Source: Anaerolineae bacterium (GTDB lineage: Bacteria; Chloroflexota; Anaerolineae; B4-G1; SLSP01). Taken from it: 64,000 nt of DNA. The stretch is taken from NCBI GenBank assembly GCA_049975525.1, contig JBNGCW010000006.1, forward strand, positions 68,702 through 132,701, given 5' to 3'. The notes under the pieces were generated by a model. That model was not told where the DNA came from, made no database searches, and was given only the letters and a program-made list of their open reading frames with translations. Below are positions 32,676-42,356 of this stretch, in pieces. A program made the translations under genes and the position numbers. The number at the start of each line of letters is the position of its first letter. Positions within the stretch are counted from its first letter, which is position 1.

Positions 32676-35177
32676 TTATGGCGTCTCCTCCCAGTGCGTT
32701 GCTCCGGTGAGTGCGTCGTAGCAGAGCGTCAACGTGTGCCCTCTGTCGTCGACGTGCGTCTTGCAGAGCAGGCGGGGGACGATCTCGAAGGCATCGATCA
32801 CGGCCCGGCGATCCGTTTGCTTTCCGGCGAAGGTGACGGTGAGCGTGTGTTCACCGGCCTCCAGGAAAAACGCTCCGTCATCCAAGGGCTCCAGCCACAG
32901 GTAATCTCGATCGGGGGAGACGGCCTGCGGTACAAGGATCTCAGGCTCATCGTCCAGGGCGACGGTGAACGCGACGTCCTCCGGCGCCTGCTCCGCCGCC
33001 TCGGCGGGCCGGGCGGCGGCGGGCGAGCGCTGCGTCACGAACGCCAATGGCGCCAGGTTGCCCGGTATGTCGGGATCGTGCCCCGTCCAATCGATGAAAC
33101 CACCTGTGAAGCCCATCCCCGCTTCAAACCGCATCTGCTTGCCGGCGGCGGGGCTCAGACGAGGGAGGCTTTCCAGGGGCAGTGCTGCTTCGTAGACGTA
33201 GCCGTCCCCGGTGGGCGCCCAGGCCAGCTCGGCGCCGGGCAGGAAGGACTGCGCCACCCAGTTCCAGACCTGGGGGCCGTCGGGCGTCTGCGCCAGCGTC
33301 AGCTTCACGTCGATGCGCTCGCCGCGCCCCTGTGTATCCAGGTAGAGCCAGAGCGCGTCTCCCCGCCAGGCGGAAGGTCCCGTTTCCTCCTGGACGTGTT
33401 GGGGATCGCGGACGCGGGCGGCGACGTAGAGGTGCGTCGTGTCCCACATCCAGTAGAGAGTGAAGCCGGCCTCCTCGGGGCCGGGCCAGGCGGCAGCGCC
33501 CCGCAGGATCTGCGCCCGCGTGTTGACCTCCAGGGGCTGCGCGGCGTCCCATTCCGCGAGATCACCGTCGATGGTGACGGAAGCGGGCGCGCGGACAGCC
33601 TCGGCGACAGATGCGAGGCGGGGCGCGGCACGTCGCAGGTGCGCCACAGAGATGACGTATGCCGCCGTCGTCGGCACGCGGAAGGGCAGGGCTACAGCGT
33701 CGCCCGGCCCCAGTGCGTAGTAGCGTTCGTTGGAAAAACGCGCCTCCCCCGTCCAGACCTGACGTCCGTACTTGGCCTCTCCGGCGATCTTCTCCCCATT
33801 CTCCATCTCCACGACGAGGTGCGGCGGCGTCTCGACGGCCCGGTAGGTGAGATAGGGCTGGGCCTCCGGCGTGCGCTCGAGCCGAAGCAGTGTGTAGAGT
33901 GCCTCGATAGTGGATTCGGCGCCGGCGTTGCGGTTGACCTGCGCCATGTTGGGGCCACCGATGCCGTCGAAGCAACGCCCCGTCTCGGGATCGTACATCG
34001 GCACAGCGGCGATATTGTTGCCGAAAAACCAGGACGCCGCCAGGCCGGCGTAGCGGGCGTAACGCGCCTCCCCGGTGGCTTCGTAGAGCGCCTGAAAGCC
34101 CAGGGCGATGACCTGGGTGCCGTAGGCGATTTGCCCACCCGGCATGGGCAGCGGTGTCATCTCGTTGAGGAAGCGCGTAGCGAGCAGGCGCACAAAGAAG
34201 TCGTCGGCGGCCTGTTGCGCAGAGGCGATCCAGTCCTCCCGCTCCAGCAGCTGGCCTGCCACCGCCAGCGCGTGCACCTGATGGCTGCCCCAGGCGTGCC
34301 AGAGGGCCAACGACGTGGTGGTGGAGGGATGCGCGCCGTAGGGATAGACGCCCGCTTCGCTCAGCTGATAGGCGGCGACGCCGTTGGCGAGGTTGGTGAG
34401 CAGCTGTCGCGTCCCGCTGTTGGGCTCCGCCTCGTAATAGGCTGCCAGGCCCAATACCGCCAGCGCCGAGAGATCGGAACCGTTGTGCAACAGCCACGCC
34501 GGAACGCGCACGCCGTGTAGCACATCGTAGGCGCCCACAGGCCCCAGGGTGCGACGGAGCGCCTGCTCGCCACGCAGGTAGTGCGTCTGCAGGCGCGCAG
34601 CGTAGTCGGCGTCCACCGCACGGAAGACGGCGTAGCCTCGCGCCAGTGCCCATTGCCCCCGCGCCGCCCACCAACTCCAGGATTTGTAGCTGGTGCGCCC
34701 TTCGCGGTTGATGGTCCCCGCGCGGTCAAAGACGAAATTGTAGTACTCTCCGTCCTCGGCCTGGAGGCGCATCACGAAGTTGAGAGAGACTCGGGCCAAC
34801 TCCAGCGCCCGTTTGTCGCCCGTCCGTGCGTAGAAATCCAGATAGACCAGGGCGGCGCGGGCCACGTCGTCCACAGCGGCGATGCCCTCTCCCGGCGCAT
34901 CGACCCAATTGTAGTTGGGGTGCTCGGAGTAGATATGCACCAGTGCGACCGGTTCCTCCTCCCACCTCACGACCTCCGTCAGCCGCTGCAGGTGGGCCAG
35001 ATTGACAAGCCCGTCGCGCAACGGCTCCGTCACGGGAGAGGGACGGGGGAGGGGCGTGGCCACCGAGGTGGGCGCCATCTTTGCACCTGGGGGGAGAGCG
35101 GGCGTGCCGAGGTCCGCGCACCCTGCGAGAAAAACACCGAGCCAGAGAGACGCCAGAAGCCGTCGTGGTCGCAGCAT
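32676..35177 (-). CDS. Secreted lipoprotein with (alpha/alpha)6-barrel glycoside-hydrolase-like domain and C-terminal CBM9-like carbohydrate-binding domain
   Basis: Signal peptide plus lipobox LWLGVFLAGCAD. The central region resembles six-hairpin glycosidases. The C-terminus (DGDLAEWD...YLDTQG...) is like family 9 CBM / sugar-binding domain. Confidence 0.6.
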   Translation of the reverse strand: MLRPRRLLASLWLGVFLAGCADLGTPALPPGAKMAPTSVATPLPRPSPVTEPLRDGLVNLAHLQRLTEVVRWEEEPVALVHIYSEHPNYNWVDAPGEGIAAVDDVARAALVYLDFYARTGDKRALELARVSLNFVMRLQAEDGEYYNFVFDRAGTINREGRTSYKSWSWWAARGQWALARGYAVFRAVDADYAARLQTHYLRGEQALRRTLGPVGAYDVLHGVRVPAWLLHNGSDLSALAVLGLAAYYEAEPNSGTRQLLTNLANGVAAYQLSEAGVYPYGAHPSTTTSLALWHAWGSHQVHALAVAGQLLEREDWIASAQQAADDFFVRLLATRFLNEMTPLPMPGGQIAYGTQVIALGFQALYEATGEARYARYAGLAASWFFGNNIAAVPMYDPETGRCFDGIGGPNMAQVNRNAGAESTIEALYTLLRLERTPEAQPYLTYRAVETPPHLVVEMENGEKIAGEAKYGRQVWTGEARFSNERYYALGPGDAVALPFRVPTTAAYVISVAHLRRAAPRLASVAEAVRAPASVTIDGDLAEWDAAQPLEVNTRAQILRGAAAWPGPEEAGFTLYWMWDTTHLYVAARVRDPQHVQEETGPSAWRGDALWLYLDTQGRGERIDVKLTLAQTPDGPQVWNWVAQSFLPGAELAWAPTGDGYVYEAALPLESLPRLSPAAGKQMRFEAGMGFTGGFIDWTGHDPDIPGNLAPLAFVTQRSPAAARPAEAAEQAPEDVAFTVALDDEPEILVPQAVSPDRDYLWLEPLDDGAFFLEAGEHTLTVTFAGKQTDRRAVIDAFEIVPRLLCKTHVDDRGHTLTLCYDALTGATHWEETP

Positions 35178-35184
35178 GGGACAG

Positions 35185-36090
35185 TTATCCTTTCACCGCC
35201 CCCACCTGGATGCCCTCGATGAAGTAATCCTGCGCGATGAAGTAGAGCGTCAGAATGGGCGCGGTCATCACCGTGGACATCGCCATCATGTAGTGCCACT
35301 TCGGCGCCTCCTTGGAGAGGGATTCCTGGAAAAACTTGAGAGCGACCGACATGGGGAACTTCTGGGTCGTGTTCAGGTAGATCAGCGGTCCCTGGAAGTT
35401 GTTCCAGTTGGCCTGGAAGATCATCACACCCAGGGCCAGCAGCGCCGGTTTCACCAGCGGCAACATGATGTGATAATAGATCTGGAAGGTGTTGGCCCCG
35501 TCGATGATGGCGGCTTCTTCCATCTCCCGGGGAACGGTGAGGAAGAATTGCCGCAGCATGAAAACGGCCCAGGCGCCGCCCCCAAACCAGATGGGGATCA
35601 CCAGCGGGTCGTAGGTGTCGATGCGCCCCAACCAGCGCCAGATGAGAAAGGTGGGAATGAGTGTGATAATCCCCGGCAACATCATGGTCGAAAGCATCAC
35701 GATGAAGAGCGTGTCGCGGCCCGGGAAGCGGAAGCGGGCGAAACCGTAGGCTACCAGGGTCACGGCGATGAGCTCCGCCGTCATCGCCAGCATGGTGATG
35801 AAGAGCGTGTTGCCCAGAATGCGCCAGAAGGTCAGGCCGGGGGCGATAGAACTGAGCTCGCGGAAGGCCTGTGGGTAGTTCTCCCAGGCCACAGGATTGG
35901 GGATCCAGCGGATGGGCCAGTCGAAGAGTTGCTCTTCGGTCTTCAGAGAGGTAGAGAGCATAAAGGCGAAGGGGACGAGGACTAAAAGAGAACAAAGCGC
36001 CAGCAGCGCGTAGGTGAGGGCGTTGCCCAGGGATTGGCGCATCTTCTGACTCAGGAAAGGCTTGTGCATCTGAATCTCTGTCGTCGCCAT
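35185..36090 (-). CDS. Carbohydrate ABC transporter permease (MalG/UgpE-like)
   Basis: Six TM helices and an EAA-like loop ([17 protein letters not shown]..., [31 protein letters not shown]). The start is chosen at MATTEIQ with RBS GGAGGCTCC. Confidence 0.85.
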   Translation of the reverse strand: MATTEIQMHKPFLSQKMRQSLGNALTYALLALCSLLVLVPFAFMLSTSLKTEEQLFDWPIRWIPNPVAWENYPQAFRELSSIAPGLTFWRILGNTLFITMLAMTAELIAVTLVAYGFARFRFPGRDTLFIVMLSTMMLPGIITLIPTFLIWRWLGRIDTYDPLVIPIWFGGGAWAVFMLRQFFLTVPREMEEAAIIDGANTFQIYYHIMLPLVKPALLALGVMIFQANWNNFQGPLIYLNTTQKFPMSVALKFFQESLSKEAPKWHYMMAMSTVMTAPILTLYFIAQDYFIEGIQVGAVKG

Positions 36091-36100
36091 GGAGCCTCCT

Positions 36101-37102
36101 TTATGCCTTCTCACCGGCGTAGAAGACCCAAAGCGCCGATGAGCGGAAGACAAGCAGGGTCAAGAGGAGAATAATCACCAGCAGAAACCAGGCCATGGCC
36201 GAAGCGTAGCCCATGTGGCGAAAGGAGAAGGCTTCTTCGTAAATACGGACGTTGAAGAAGGTCCCGGCGCGTTGGGGGATGCTGATGAAGAACGCTACCG
36301 TGAAGATCTGCAGGGCGCCGATGATGCCGGTGACGACATTGTAGAACATGGTGGAGCTGAGCATGGGGAGGGTCACGTGCCAAAACTTCTGCCAGCCGTT
36401 AGCCCCGTCCAGCTCAGCGACCTCGTAGAGCTGGCGGGGGATGTTCTTGAGACCCGCTAAGAGGATCACCGAGTTGGTGCCGAAGACACCCCACATTCCC
36501 ATGATGATGAAGGCGGGCAACACCAGGTCAGGATTGGTGAACCAGGCCAGGGGCTCCATGTTCAACAGGTTGTAAAAGGGTTGCAGGATAAAGTTGATCA
36601 GACCGGATCGCGGGCTAAACATCCAGCGCCAGAGGAGGGCCACGGCGGCGCCGGGCAGCACGGCGGGCAGGTAGTAGATGGTTCGCCAGACGCCGATGCC
36701 TTTGACGTTGCGGTTGAGGAGCAGGGCGACGCCCAGAGACCCCACCAGGCCCAGTGGCACGTTGAAGAGCGCATAGAGTAAAGTAAGACGCAGGGAGCGC
36801 CAGAACTGGGGGTCCTCCGTGAACATTTTCACGTAGTTGCGCACGCCCACCCACTGCGGTGGCTGGAAGATGTTGTATTCCGTGAAACTGAGGTAGAAGG
36901 AGCGTACGAAAGGGTAGAGGGTCCAGATAAGAAAGCCCAACATCCAGGGCAAAACCAGGGAATAGCCCGTCGCTGCCTCGCGCTTGACGCCCACCAGCAC
37001 CAGGAACTTCTGCAAAAGCAGCATCAAAAGGATAATCCCGCCTCCGACGAGGATCCAACGCCAAAACGTGGAGACGTAGCTTTCCCAGGCGGAAACATCC
37101 AT
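36101..37102 (-). CDS. Carbohydrate ABC transporter permease (MalF/UgpA-like)
   Basis: A typical binding-protein-dependent transport inner-membrane component, ...[29 protein letters not shown] (EAA motif). Confidence 0.85.
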   Translation of the reverse strand: MDVSAWESYVSTFWRWILVGGGIILLMLLLQKFLVLVGVKREAATGYSLVLPWMLGFLIWTLYPFVRSFYLSFTEYNIFQPPQWVGVRNYVKMFTEDPQFWRSLRLTLLYALFNVPLGLVGSLGVALLLNRNVKGIGVWRTIYYLPAVLPGAAVALLWRWMFSPRSGLINFILQPFYNLLNMEPLAWFTNPDLVLPAFIIMGMWGVFGTNSVILLAGLKNIPRQLYEVAELDGANGWQKFWHVTLPMLSSTMFYNVVTGIIGALQIFTVAFFISIPQRAGTFFNVRIYEEAFSFRHMGYASAMAWFLLVIILLLTLLVFRSSALWVFYAGEKA

Positions 37103-37236
37103 CGTTTCACTCCTTTCGGTTATCCGACCTTTGAAGCCCGCCGCGGAGAAGGCTGCTGTCGTCGCCTCCGTTGCGCGTCGGCGGCTCCAAAGGGAGGCGA
37201 GGCCGGAGGTCCGACCTCGCCTCGGAGGATACTTCG

Positions 37237-38544
37237 TTAAGGTAACAAGGCCTCCAGCTCCGGCTTGACCTCCGCCGCCAGCTCCGCAGCCGTACCCTCA
37301 CCATGGAAGAGGGGATCCATGAACTGACCCCAGAAGATGCTGTCCCACTCCTGATGCTGAGGAATGATGTTGAAGGCGCGCATGTAGGGGACGGCCTCGG
37401 CGATGGCCTCGGCGCTGGCCGCCTTGCGCGGCTCGATCTCGGAGATCATCTCGGCGGTCGCCAGCGACTTGCGCGGTGGTACGATCTTCCAGTGATGGAT
37501 GCCCTCGGTTAGCAGCACCAATGCCTCGTAAGCGGCATCGGGGTGCTTGGTATCTGCCGCGATGACGGTGGAGGCGTTCCAAGCAAAGGTGGCGCGGCTC
37601 GCGGGCCCGGCGGGCACGGCCACGACGCCCACGTCAAGCCCTTCGACGCGGTCCAGGTCGTCGGCAGCGCCGCCCATGAACATGGCGATCTTGCCGGCCT
37701 TGAACATCTCGCCGAAACCTTGCTCTTGAATCACCGCCTCGGGCGGCGTGTGGACGTCATCGTAGATCATGTCGGCGTAGAACTCGAAGCCTTTGATGGC
37801 CTCCGGCGTGTCGATGGGCACGCTGGAGAGATCCTCAGAGATCACGTCGCCGCCGGCTTGCCAGACGAACATCTGCGGTGGAGGCCAGCCGTTCATGGTG
37901 AAGCCCCACTGGTCGTTTTGGCCGTCACCGTCAAGGTCTTGGGTCATCTCGGCCGCCGCCTGCTTGAAGTCATCCCAGGTCCAATCCATGGTGGGGTAGT
38001 CTATCCCGGCCTCGTCGAAGAGCGCCTTATTGTAATAAAGGACGACGGGCTGTGCAATCCAGGGCAGGCCGTAGTAGCGTCCTTCGTACATGGCGGTCAT
38101 GATGATGTCCTCGAAGTAGTCGTCGAGGTCGGCAGCGGGATGGGTGGTATCGGCCTCAAGGTAATCGGTGATATCCAGCAGGGCGCCCTGCGCCGCCATG
38201 CCCCGGATCCACTCCTGCGAAAGCCAGAACAGATCCGCCGAGGTGCCGCCCGCCAGTGCCGTCTGAATCTTGGTGTAGTAGTCGTCGGGTGCCGGTTCGT
38301 GGACGATGGTCAGGGTGTCGGAGCTGGCGTTGATCTCGTCGAGAACTTCCTGTAGCTCCGCCGCCTCCTCCACGCCTGCCCAGGTGCTCAGCCGGATGGT
38401 GATCTTCTCTGCCGGTTCCTCTTCCGTCGTTTCGGGTTCCTCTACCTCGGCGCCGCCGCCGCCATTGCAGCCGGTGATCAGCAGGCTGAACACAACCAGC
38501 GCCGAGAGCCACACAAACCATACACGTTTAGCGTTCATCTCCAT
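37237..38544 (-). CDS. ABC transporter extracellular solute-binding protein (family 1, sugar) lipoprotein
   Basis: Signal peptide plus lipobox [11 protein letters not shown]. The SBP_bac_1-like sequence is present ([14 protein letters not shown]...). RBS AGGAGG is upstream. Confidence 0.85.
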   Translation of the reverse strand: MEMNAKRVWFVWLSALVVFSLLITGCNGGGGAEVEEPETTEEEPAEKITIRLSTWAGVEEAAELQEVLDEINASSDTLTIVHEPAPDDYYTKIQTALAGGTSADLFWLSQEWIRGMAAQGALLDITDYLEADTTHPAADLDDYFEDIIMTAMYEGRYYGLPWIAQPVVLYYNKALFDEAGIDYPTMDWTWDDFKQAAAEMTQDLDGDGQNDQWGFTMNGWPPPQMFVWQAGGDVISEDLSSVPIDTPEAIKGFEFYADMIYDDVHTPPEAVIQEQGFGEMFKAGKIAMFMGGAADDLDRVEGLDVGVVAVPAGPASRATFAWNASTVIAADTKHPDAAYEALVLLTEGIHHWKIVPPRKSLATAEMISEIEPRKAASAEAIAEAVPYMRAFNIIPQHQEWDSIFWGQFMDPLFHGEGTAAELAAEVKPELEALLP

Positions 38545-38931
38545 CCTCCTGGAATGTATTTAATCATGACTCTGATCGGGAATTAGGTGAAGCCCTGGAT
38601 CTGCTTCTATGCGAGCTATGGAAGCATCCGCAGATTAACGCGGATTTTCACAGATGACATCGTTTTTGGCCGTGTTTAGGCGTGCAAGCCGTGCGCAGTT
38701 TTAAGCCGTCCAGGACCCTTCACCTGAAAACCTCTAAGAGCCTTAATCATCCATGCATCCAACGCCTGGTATCTGTAGCAACTTTTTTTCGGGTTCACCT
38801 CCTTATGACTCTGACCATCGGCGAAAAAAAATCCCTTCTCAGGCGCGGGCGTGGCGCCTTCCACCTGGATCGAGCCGTTACGACTTCACAAACAGCGGCT
38901 TCGTACGCCTGCCGGATAGGTTGGATACCCT

Positions 38932-39963
38932 CTACTTCTCTTCCAGCACGCTGCACGTTTTACGCTGGATCAACTTCGTCGCCACCAGGGTCTTGATGGG
39001 GGGGAGATCCGGAGATTTGATGGTTTCCAGAAGGCGTTGAGCGGCCAGCACCCCTATCCGGCGTTTGAAGACGTGGATCGTTGTCAGGGGCGGGTCACTC
39101 ATCTGCGCCCAGCTGATGTCGTCGAAGCCTACGACGCAGAGGTCCTGTGGCACGCGCCGGCCCAACGACGCGGCGGCGCGCATAGCCCCGATGGCCATGG
39201 AGTCGTTGGCAGCGCAGACCGCCGTGGTGTCGGGCCACTGTTCCAGAGCTTGCGGCAGGAGCCTTTTGCCGCTCTCAATGGTGGTTTCCTCAGCGTAGAA
39301 GATGAGCGGCTCGCATTCCCACTCGCGCATCGCTCGACGGTAGCCGCGCGTCCGCTCGCGGTTGCTGATCCAGTCGGAGGGACCCGAGAGATAGAGAATG
39401 CGCCGGTGACCGTGTTCCAGGAGATGGCGCGCCGCCGTGTAAGCGCCGCCTTCGTCGTCGCTGAGCACGCAGTTGACAGAGGTCTGGGAGAGCGCGTTGT
39501 CCACCAGCACCACCGGGAACCCCATGCCGACCACCCGCAGGATAAAGGAGGCCGGGATCTGAGGCCCGGCCAGGATCAGCCCGTCGATACGGTTGCTGTT
39601 GAGCACCGGCAGGCGTTCTGGGTGATCCAGGGCTTCCTCGTCCAGGGTGGTGAGCAGCACGTGATAGCCGTAGTCGGAAAGGTGCGATTCCACGCCTTCC
39701 ATGATCAGCGGATAGAAGGGATCCGCTGCGGCGGAGAGGTTTGTCTTGGGAATGACAAACGCCACGGTGTGGGTCTTGGCACCCGCCAGGCTCCGGGCCG
39801 AAAGATCCGGCACGTAGCCCATGCGCCGGGCGGTCTCCAAAATCTGTTGTCGCACGGCGTCGCTGACGCCGGGCTGATCGTTGAGCGCTCGGGAGACGGA
39901 GGCCGTTGAAACGCCGACCGCCTCGGCGATGGATTTGAGGGTCACGTTCTGCTTGGGAGACAT
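38932..39963 (-). CDS. LacI family transcriptional regulator
   Basis: N-terminal HTH (VTLKSIAEAVGVSTASVSRALND) plus periplasmic-binding-protein-like sugar-binding domain. Confidence 0.9.
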   Translation of the reverse strand: MSPKQNVTLKSIAEAVGVSTASVSRALNDQPGVSDAVRQQILETARRMGYVPDLSARSLAGAKTHTVAFVIPKTNLSAAADPFYPLIMEGVESHLSDYGYHVLLTTLDEEALDHPERLPVLNSNRIDGLILAGPQIPASFILRVVGMGFPVVLVDNALSQTSVNCVLSDDEGGAYTAARHLLEHGHRRILYLSGPSDWISNRERTRGYRRAMREWECEPLIFYAEETTIESGKRLLPQALEQWPDTTAVCAANDSMAIGAMRAAASLGRRVPQDLCVVGFDDISWAQMSDPPLTTIHVFKRRIGVLAAQRLLETIKSPDLPPIKTLVATKLIQRKTCSVLEEK

Positions 39964-40368
39964 CCCCGGGTACCTCGCATAAGTTAAACTCAGCGTAAGC
40001 GCTTACGTAAATTATACGTCAACTTACCCTCTGTTGTCAAGAGGTTGGCGGACGAATTTTACGATTTCCCGGCAGATTGATACGCTCCCTCGGTCCAGAT
40101 AATAGAAAAGGTAGCGCCTCATGGAATCGGGGTGAGTGGGAATCGCCCCACCAATGATGAGCCCTCTTGTTTACCACGTTGAAATGGCCCTGGAGCGTGC
40201 TATACTGATATGCGTCGGTTGTGCTGCGCGGGTGAAGGGTGCCCAGGGTGCTGAGAGCGGCTCTCGGATAGAGGGTTGCTGTCTCTCAACCCGATGGAGC
40301 AGCTCACACGCTGGCGTGAACGCAGCCGATGAGACGTTCCGGCAGACGCAGGGGGAGCGAGGGAAAGC

Positions 40369-40770
40369 ATGAGCCAACAGAAGACCGGGCGCAAGATCAA
40401 GCACCTCTCTTGGGTGCTTTGGGGGTTGTTCATTGTTTTAGGGGTTCTGCTGTTTGCTGCTTTTTCCCGGGCCTGGGCTTTGCAGCGGGCGCTGCGGGAA
40501 AAAGAGGCCCGCTTGCAGCCCATGCTCACCGCGCAGGCCCACGAGCATGCGACGCTGGAGGCTCAATTGACTTACGTGCAAAGCGAGGGCTACGTCGAGG
40601 CCTGGGCCCGGGAGGAAGCCAAGATGGTGTATCCCGGCGAAACGCTTGTCGTTCCTCTGCTCCCAACGGCGACCGCTACCCCAACGCCCGCACCCACGTA
40701 CACACCTACTCCCACGCCGACGCCTCAGGCTTTCTGGCGGCGGTGGTGGGATCAACTTAGAGGAAGATGA
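40369..40770 (+). CDS. Septum formation initiator (FtsB/DivIC-like) with Thr/Pro-rich tail
   Basis: TM segment, coiled coil, and (EGYVEAWAREEAKMVYPGETLVV) the FtsB/DivIC signature, then TATPTPAPTYTPTPTPTP. Confidence 0.6.
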   Translation: MSQQKTGRKIKHLSWVLWGLFIVLGVLLFAAFSRAWALQRALREKEARLQPMLTAQAHEHATLEAQLTYVQSEGYVEAWAREEAKMVYPGETLVVPLLPTATATPTPAPTYTPTPTPTPQAFWRRWWDQLRGR

Positions 40771-40777
40771 TGGGGTT

Positions 40778-41605
40778 ATGAACGACATCGAGAAGATTCT
40801 GGACATTGCCGTGGAGATCGCTTACGAAGCCGGTGAGATCGTCCGTGAAGGGTTCGGCAGGACACACAAGGTGGATTACAAAGGCGAGGTCAATCCGGTC
40901 ACCGAAACCGACCGCGCTTCCGAGGCCCATATCGTCAAGCGCCTGCACGCTGCTTTCCCGCGCCATCACATTCTGGCGGAAGAGGAAGGCGGGGATGCGC
41001 TGCACAGCCCGGGAGCCATCTGGATCGTCGATCCTTTGGATGGCACCAACAACTTCGCCCACCACTTCCCGCACATCGGCGTCTCCATCGCGTTGCTCCG
41101 CGACGGCGTGCCCCAGGTCGGCGTCATCTACGATCCGCTGCGCGACGAGCTTTTCGCCGCCCGGCAAGGTGCCGGGGTGACGCTCAACGGTGCGCCTATC
41201 CGCGTCTCCCCCATCTCCCGTCTGGCCCATGCCTTCCTGGCGACCGGCTTTCCCTACGACCGCCGGGTCGCCGAGGACAACAACGTCCGTCGTCTCGACC
41301 ATTTCCTGCGTCGTTCCCTGGGCGTGCGCCGCGCGGGCGCCGCTGTTCTGGACCTGGCCTACGTCGCCTGTGGACGCTTTGACGGCTTCTGGGAACCGGG
41401 GCTCAGTCCCTGGGATGTTGCGGCGGGTATCTTGCTGGTCGAGGAGGCCGGCGGTCGGGCCACCGATTTCGATGGGCACCCCCGTCCCCTGGACGGGCGG
41501 CGGATCGTCGTCAGCAACGGGCGTCTTCACGAGGCCATGTTGCGCGTGATCCGGGAGGGGGAGCGGGCGCCCCACCCGGACTTCGACCCGGACCAGGCGC
41601 TTTGA
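40778..41605 (+). CDS. suhB: Inositol monophosphatase family protein (SuhB-like)
   Basis: WIVDPLDGTNNF and ...GAAVLDLAYVACGRFDGFWE motifs are present. The ATG at 40778 is 8 nt after the upstream stop. Confidence 0.88.
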   Translation: MNDIEKILDIAVEIAYEAGEIVREGFGRTHKVDYKGEVNPVTETDRASEAHIVKRLHAAFPRHHILAEEEGGDALHSPGAIWIVDPLDGTNNFAHHFPHIGVSIALLRDGVPQVGVIYDPLRDELFAARQGAGVTLNGAPIRVSPISRLAHAFLATGFPYDRRVAEDNNVRRLDHFLRRSLGVRRAGAAVLDLAYVACGRFDGFWEPGLSPWDVAAGILLVEEAGGRATDFDGHPRPLDGRRIVVSNGRLHEAMLRVIREGERAPHPDFDPDQAL

Positions 41606-41624
41606 ACTCCGGGAGGCTGCAGCC

Positions 41625-42356
41625 ATGCCTTACTACCGGGCTCCACGCAGCGATGGGAAGCGTCTGCGCTTCCTCCGCAAGACGCTGAAGGCGGATTTTC
41701 ACGACCGGCAGCGAGGACAGCCTTATCTCCATCCCCTTCTGCGCGCCGAGGTACGCGCTCTCGTCCCTGCCTTTGAGCGGGCGTTGCAGGCTTTGAAGAC
41801 GCAACAGGAGGTGCGATCCCGGCGGATTGAGGCCCGCAACCGTGCTTTGGACGAGATGGAGCTCTATCTCCGCGATTTCTGGGAGGTGCTCAAGCGTCGG
41901 GTGGCCCGGGAAGCCCAACCGCTTTCCTTGCTCAAGACCTACGGACTGCCGAGCAGCGGGCGGGTGCCCAAGCCTACGACCTACGAGGGATGGTTGGACG
42001 CGGCTGCCCAGGTGGTGCAGGGGGATGTTGAGGCCACGGCGGTCGGTTATGCGCCCATGGTCAATCCCAGTGCCGAGGAGGTGCGCCTCCGACTCGACGA
42101 GGTCTACCGACGCGCCGCCGCCGTCGCCGCCGCCGAGCGTGCGTATGACGCCGCACAGGCGCGGCTCGTCCAACTGCGCGCCGAGGTCGATGAGGCTATC
42201 CAGGACGTCGTCGAGACGCTGCGTTTTCGTTTGCGGAAGTACGATGCGGCGGAGCAACGCCGGATTATGCACCGCTACGGTGCTGCTTTTCGCTATCGCA
42301 AAGAGGAGCAGCCCGCCTACGCCGTCACCTCCGAAGGTGAGAAGGAGCCCGGATGA
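41625..42356 (+). CDS. Hypothetical protein (helical, Arg/Ala-rich)
   Basis: 243-aa ORF with high GC3. Its stop overlaps the next gene's start (ATGA at 42353). No recognisable motif. Confidence 0.5.
   Translation: MPYYRAPRSDGKRLRFLRKTLKADFHDRQRGQPYLHPLLRAEVRALVPAFERALQALKTQQEVRSRRIEARNRALDEMELYLRDFWEVLKRRVAREAQPLSLLKTYGLPSSGRVPKPTTYEGWLDAAAQVVQGDVEATAVGYAPMVNPSAEEVRLRLDEVYRRAAAVAAAERAYDAAQARLVQLRAEVDEAIQDVVETLRFRLRKYDAAEQRRIMHRYGAAFRYRKEEQPAYAVTSEGEKEPG

Noticed and set aside
32694-34520. 608-aa plus-strand ORF, plus several shorter nested ORFs (33124..33552, 33562..34674, 34361..34729), overlapping the secreted glycosidase-like gene
   Set aside because: All are shadows of one real minus-strand lipoprotein gene with a clear signal peptide. 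Their products are Arg/Gly/Pro-rich.
35030-35995. 321-aa minus ORF in alternate frame and 327-aa plus ORF over the ABC permease
   Set aside because: The permease frame (35185..36090) shows a TM pattern and the EAA motif. The others do not.
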